Shown in pieces: positions 35,483-39,036 of a stretch of DNA of 39,036 nucleotides. The notes beneath the pieces were generated by a model, which searched no databases, was not told the origin of the DNA, and saw nothing but the letters and a program-made list of their open reading frames with translations. Every line of letters begins with the position of its first letter. Positions within the stretch are counted from its first letter, which is position 1. Made by a program: the position numbers and the translations under genes. Source of the DNA: Rhodocyclaceae bacterium (GTDB lineage Bacteria; Pseudomonadota; Gammaproteobacteria; Burkholderiales; Rhodocyclaceae); contig JANYAW010000330.1 of the NCBI GenBank assembly GCA_025361105.1, positions 1-39,036 of the forward strand, given 5' to 3'.

Positions 35483-36631
35483 ATGAATTCTCCCTTCGAC
35501 CAATCCCACAACCACCTCGCTTGGCATTCGTCCAAATGGGAAAAATATCGCGGCACCGACATCATTCCCTTGTGGGTGGCCGATATGGATTTCGCCGCGC
35601 CACCGGCATTGCAAGCGGCGCTTGCCGCGCATGTCGAGCATGGCGTTTTTGGCTACACCCGTGTGCCACGCAATTTGCCACATGTAACCGTGGAATATTT
35701 GCAGCGGCACTACGATTGGGCAATCGATGACGCCTCGCTAGTATGGCTGCCGGGCTTGGTACTCGGCATCAATTTAGCGGTGCGCGCGGTATGCGCCGAG
35801 GGCGACGCCTACGCGACATTCACGCCCGTCTATCCGCCGTTTTTAGACGCCGCAAAACACCAACAGCGTGGTTTGATTGCCTTGCCCTTGATCACCATGG
35901 TCAATGACGCCATGGATTTCCGCATTGATTTTGTGGCGCTGGAAAGCAGCCTCAGTGCCAATCCGCAAACACGACTGTTGTTGATTTGTCATCCGCATAA
36001 TCCGGTCGGCAAAGCCTGGTCGGCGGACGAACTGCGGCAACTCGGTGCCATCGCGGTGCGCCACGATTTGATCATTTGTAGCGATGAAGTGCATTGCGAT
36101 TTGATATTGGATGCCGCACAGCGACATCTGCCATTTGCGCTGGCAAACCCTGAATTGGCGGCGCGCACCATCACCCTGATGGGCATGGGCAAAACCTACA
36201 ACATCGCTGGTTTGGGTGTGGCATTTGCAGTGATTGAAGACGCAACGCTACGCGAAAAATTTCACGCCGCGATGACGCATTTGGTGCCGGATATCAATGC
36301 CTTTGGCTACACCGCGATGCTCGCCGCACTGACTGAATGCGAGCCATGGCGACAAGAATTACTGGCTTATTTGCGCGTTAATCGTGATTGCGTTATTGCG
36401 ACGATGCAACGCTTAAAGATTGCAGTAACACGTGTTGAGGCGACCTATTTGGCGTGGCTGGATTGCCGACATATTCCCGATGCACACCGGTTTTTTGAAC
36501 AGCACGGCGTGGGTCTATCGAACGGTGCGCCGTTTGGTGCGGCGGGATTTTTGCGACTGAATTTTGCTTGTCCGCGCAGCGTGTTAAATGAAGCACTCTT
36601 GCGCATGGAGCAATCTCTCGCGCCGATTTAA
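35483..36631 (+). CDS. PLP-dependent C-S lyase / aminotransferase class I-II (PatB/MalY family)
   Basis: 382 aa; [20 protein letters not shown] and the SDEVHCD...GKTYNIAG region (PLP Lys context) are typical of PatB/MalY. Confidence 0.85.
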   Translation: MNSPFDQSHNHLAWHSSKWEKYRGTDIIPLWVADMDFAAPPALQAALAAHVEHGVFGYTRVPRNLPHVTVEYLQRHYDWAIDDASLVWLPGLVLGINLAVRAVCAEGDAYATFTPVYPPFLDAAKHQQRGLIALPLITMVNDAMDFRIDFVALESSLSANPQTRLLLICHPHNPVGKAWSADELRQLGAIAVRHDLIICSDEVHCDLILDAAQRHLPFALANPELAARTITLMGMGKTYNIAGLGVAFAVIEDATLREKFHAAMTHLVPDINAFGYTAMLAALTECEPWRQELLAYLRVNRDCVIATMQRLKIAVTRVEATYLAWLDCRHIPDAHRFFEQHGVGLSNGAPFGAAGFLRLNFACPRSVLNEALLRMEQSLAPI

Positions 36632-36632
36632 C

Positions 36633-36654
36633 GGCGTGTTACCAGCACCAACTG
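36633..36654 (+). repeat. Intergenic copy of the motif (GGCGTGTTACCAGCACCAACTG)
   Basis: Exact core preceded by TTTAAC. Starts 2 nt after the lyase stop codon and ends 12 nt before the lgt ATG. Confidence 0.85.
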
Positions 36655-36665
36655 ATGGAATTGAA

Positions 36666-37463
36666 ATGCTAATCCACCCACAATTTGACCCCATCGCCAT
36701 TCAACTCGGCCCACTCGCCATACGCTGGTACGGCTTGATGTATTTGGCCGCCTTCCTGAGTTTTCTGTGGCTGGGCAAGCGTCGCGCACAAGCGCAATCT
36801 TGGCATGGGATTACTGTGCCGGATGTCGATGACATGCTGTTCTACGGCGTGCTGGGGGTGATTCTCGGTGGGCGCCTCGGCGAGGTGATTTTCTATCAGC
36901 CGGAATATTTCCTCGCGCATCCAAGTGAAATTCTCGCCGTGTGGAAAGGTGGCATGAGCTTTCACGGTGGTTTTTTAGGTGTGCTGTTCGCGATGGCACT
37001 GTGGGCAAAAAAACACGGCAAGACGTTTTTCCAAGTCACCGATTTCATCGCACCACTAGTACCCTTGGGTTTGATGACTGGCCGTATCGGCAACTTCATC
37101 AACGGCGAACTGTGGGGTCGGGTTGCCGATGCTTCATTGCCGTGGGCGATGGTTTTTCCATACGTTGACGCGCAACCGCGTCACCCCTCGCCACTGTATC
37201 AGGCGCTCGGCGAAGGTTTGTTGCTGTTCATTATCCTGTGGTGGTTTTCCAGCACCAATCGAAAATCCGGCACACACGGCGCGGTGTCGGGAATGTTCCT
37301 CGTCGGCTACGGCAGCCTGCGTTTCATCGCCGAATATTTCCGCGAACCCGATCACGGAATTTTCGGTATTTCGTATGTCGTCAGCATGGGGCAATGGCTG
37401 AGCTTGCCGATGGTGTTGGTAGGAATTTATTTGCTCTTGCGGCGAACACCCGTTGACGCCTGA
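36666..37463 (+). CDS. lgt: Prolipoprotein diacylglyceryl transferase
   Basis: 265 aa from ATG 36666 ([26 protein letters not shown]), with [13 protein letters not shown]. Confidence 0.93.
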   Translation: MLIHPQFDPIAIQLGPLAIRWYGLMYLAAFLSFLWLGKRRAQAQSWHGITVPDVDDMLFYGVLGVILGGRLGEVIFYQPEYFLAHPSEILAVWKGGMSFHGGFLGVLFAMALWAKKHGKTFFQVTDFIAPLVPLGLMTGRIGNFINGELWGRVADASLPWAMVFPYVDAQPRHPSPLYQALGEGLLLFIILWWFSSTNRKSGTHGAVSGMFLVGYGSLRFIAEYFREPDHGIFGISYVVSMGQWLSLPMVLVGIYLLLRRTPVDA

Positions 37464-37473
37464 ATCAACGCGC

Positions 37474-38334
37474 TCAGCGAAACACCACCGTCTTATTCCC
37501 ATGCAGTAACACGCGATCTTCGAGGTGATAGCGCAAGCCGCGCGCAAGCACGGTTTTTTCTATATCTTTGCCATAGCGTACGATATCTTCGACCGCGTCC
37601 GAGTGGTCAATGCGAATCACATCTTGTTCAATGATTGGGCCTTCGTCGAGCGCTTCGGTGACGTAATGGCAGGTGGCGCCGATGAGTTTGACGCCACGTG
37701 TGTAGGCCTGATGGTATGGTTTGGCACCGACGAAGCTGGGCAAAAATGAATGGTGGATGTTGATGATGCGTCCCGGATAGGTCGCGCAAAAATCTGCTGG
37801 AAGAATTTGCATATAGCGCGCCAAAACAATTGTGTCTGCCTTGCCGACATCAACAATTTTCCGGATTTCATCGAATGCGGTTTGCTTGTCAGCGGCCAAT
37901 ACCGGCACATGATGGAAGGGTATGCCGTGCCATTCGACCACACCTTGAAAGTTGAGATGATTTGAAATCACCGCGACGATGTCGCTGTTCAATTCGTTCG
38001 ATTGCCAACGCGCCAGCAAATCATATAGACAATGTTCTTGTTGACTGACCATCACCACCACGCGCTTTTTTTCCGCCGAATCGGTGATGCGCCAATCCAT
38101 TTTCAGTTCGGCGGCGAGTGGCGCAAAGCGCTGACGAAATTCATCAACACCAAACGCTAGCGAATCGGCACGCACTTCGATGCGCATGAAATAACGCTGA
38201 TCAATATCATCTGCGTGAAAGCTCGATTCAAGCAGCCAACCTTGGTGTTCAGCGATGAAGGCGGTGACGCGACTGATGATGCCGACTTGATCGGGACAAG
38301 AGGCGACCAGCGTGTAAAAGCGCGCCTTGTGCAT
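37474..38334 (-). CDS. purU: Formyltetrahydrofolate deformylase
   Basis: 286 aa with an N-terminal ACT domain and a formyltransferase domain (NIHHSFLPSF). Confidence 0.93.
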   Translation of the reverse strand: MHKARFYTLVASCPDQVGIISRVTAFIAEHQGWLLESSFHADDIDQRYFMRIEVRADSLAFGVDEFRQRFAPLAAELKMDWRITDSAEKKRVVVMVSQQEHCLYDLLARWQSNELNSDIVAVISNHLNFQGVVEWHGIPFHHVPVLAADKQTAFDEIRKIVDVGKADTIVLARYMQILPADFCATYPGRIINIHHSFLPSFVGAKPYHQAYTRGVKLIGATCHYVTEALDEGPIIEQDVIRIDHSDAVEDIVRYGKDIEKTVLARGLRYHLEDRVLLHGNKTVVFR

Positions 38335-38942
38335 CAGATGCGTTTTGATGCTTTGTCAATTTCGGCACGCATTTCGGTGTAGCTTAACGCGATGGGGAAC
38401 TGTGGAAATTCGGCAATCACGTTTTGTGGCGGATGAAACAAAATTCCCGCATGCGCTTCACTCAACATCGCGGTGTCGTTGTAAGAATCACCCGCTGCGA
38501 TGACTTTGTAGTTGAGTTCTTTGAAGCGCTGCACGGCTTCCTTCTTTTGGTTGGGCATGCGCAAGTGGTAGTCGACCACGAAGCCCGCAGCATCTGTTTC
38601 CAGCTTATGACAAAACAATGTCGGCATGCCCAAGTGCGCCATCAAAGGCATGGCGAATTCGTAATACGTATCCGACAAAATAATGACCTGGAAATCGCAT
38701 CGTAATTCATCCAAAAATTCACTCGCGCCGGGCATCGGACGCATGTCGCCAATCACGGCTTGAATATCGGGCAGACCGAGTTTGTGCTGGCGCAAAAGAT
38801 TCAAACGGAATTTCATCAAGCTGTCGTAATTCGGCTCATCACGGGTAGTACGACGTAGCTCTGGAATTCCCGTGCGTTCGGAAAACTCTATCCAGATTTC
38901 GGGAACCAGGACACCTTCAAGATCAAGACAAACTAGTTGCAC
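38334..38942 (-). CDS. thrH: Phosphoserine phosphatase / homoserine phosphotransferase ThrH
   Basis: About 202 aa from GTG 38942, with GGAGAA 7 nt upstream. The track ORF starts at TTG 38978. CLDLEGVLVPEIWI... and AAGDSYNDTAMLSEAHAGILFH closely match ThrH. 1-nt stop/start overlap with purU. Confidence 0.85.
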   Translation of the reverse strand: MQLVCLDLEGVLVPEIWIEFSERTGIPELRRTTRDEPNYDSLMKFRLNLLRQHKLGLPDIQAVIGDMRPMPGASEFLDELRCDFQVIILSDTYYEFAMPLMAHLGMPTLFCHKLETDAAGFVVDYHLRMPNQKKEAVQRFKELNYKVIAAGDSYNDTAMLSEAHAGILFHPPQNVIAEFPQFPIALSYTEMRAEIDKASKRI

Positions 38943-38993
38943 GAGCGTTCTCCAGTTTCGGCTATGGTACGGCGGCAAGGTTTAGCGCCACGA

Positions 38994-39020
38994 CCAAATT
39001 TTACTGGTGTCGTGCCGGTC
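38994..39020 (-). repeat. Degenerate copy of the motif (CCAAATTTTACTGGTGTCGTGCCGGTC)
   Basis: Most similar to the variant at 6953-6978 (CCAATTGGTACTGGTGATACGCCGTC). Lies upstream of thrH. Confidence 0.4.
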
Positions 39021-39036
39021 GGTGGGCCTAGGAACG

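Noticed and set aside
309-39020. Whether the recurring 22-mer could be a CRISPR array or a tandem repeat
   Set aside because: Copies are kilobases apart at irregular spacing, in both orientations, and many are inside conserved genes. There are no cas genes or regular repeat-spacer structure.

Overview
The window is a 39-kb chromosomal segment whose gene content and local gene order look betaproteobacterial, probably Burkholderiales-like. That assignment is an inference from recognisable proteins, not a database hit. I call about 38 CDSs, almost all housekeeping. They include fumC, a MATE exporter, a giant DUF3683/FAD/Fe-S oxidoreductase, ubiE/Tim44-like/ubiJ, phoB-phoR, an alpha/beta hydrolase, a HIT protein with a PilZ-like protein, and psiF. 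They also include lptB-rpoN-hpf-ptsN-hprK, pgpA-cinA-recA-recX, an RND pump with its adaptor, lysA-lptM, cyaY, two c-type cytochromes, an orphan cheY, ilvD, a PatB/MalY-type lyase, lgt, purU and thrH. I saw no rRNA, tRNA, CRISPR array, transposase or integrase. The most unusual signal is not a gene. It is a very over-represented ~25-27-bp DNA motif, consensus TTRAC GGCGTGTCACCAGCACCAACTG. It often has a degenerate inverted partner, giving a ~42-bp palindromic unit. It occurs about 15 times on both strands, in intergenic spacers and inside seven unrelated CDSs, where it is read in four different frames. A longer ~95-105-bp intergenic form shares the same termini and carries two internal hairpins that show compensatory changes between copies. 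I cannot assign this family to any repeat class I know. It could be an uptake-signal-like sequence, an RPE/REP-like mobile palindrome, or a protein-binding site array. Secondary observations are a near-perfect LexA box between pgpA and a divergent membrane/TPR gene while recA has no box of its own, a lower-GC two-gene segment where ubiB is usually found, a truncated lptB-rpoN-hprK cluster bounded by the repeats, and a HIT/PilZ-like gene pair.
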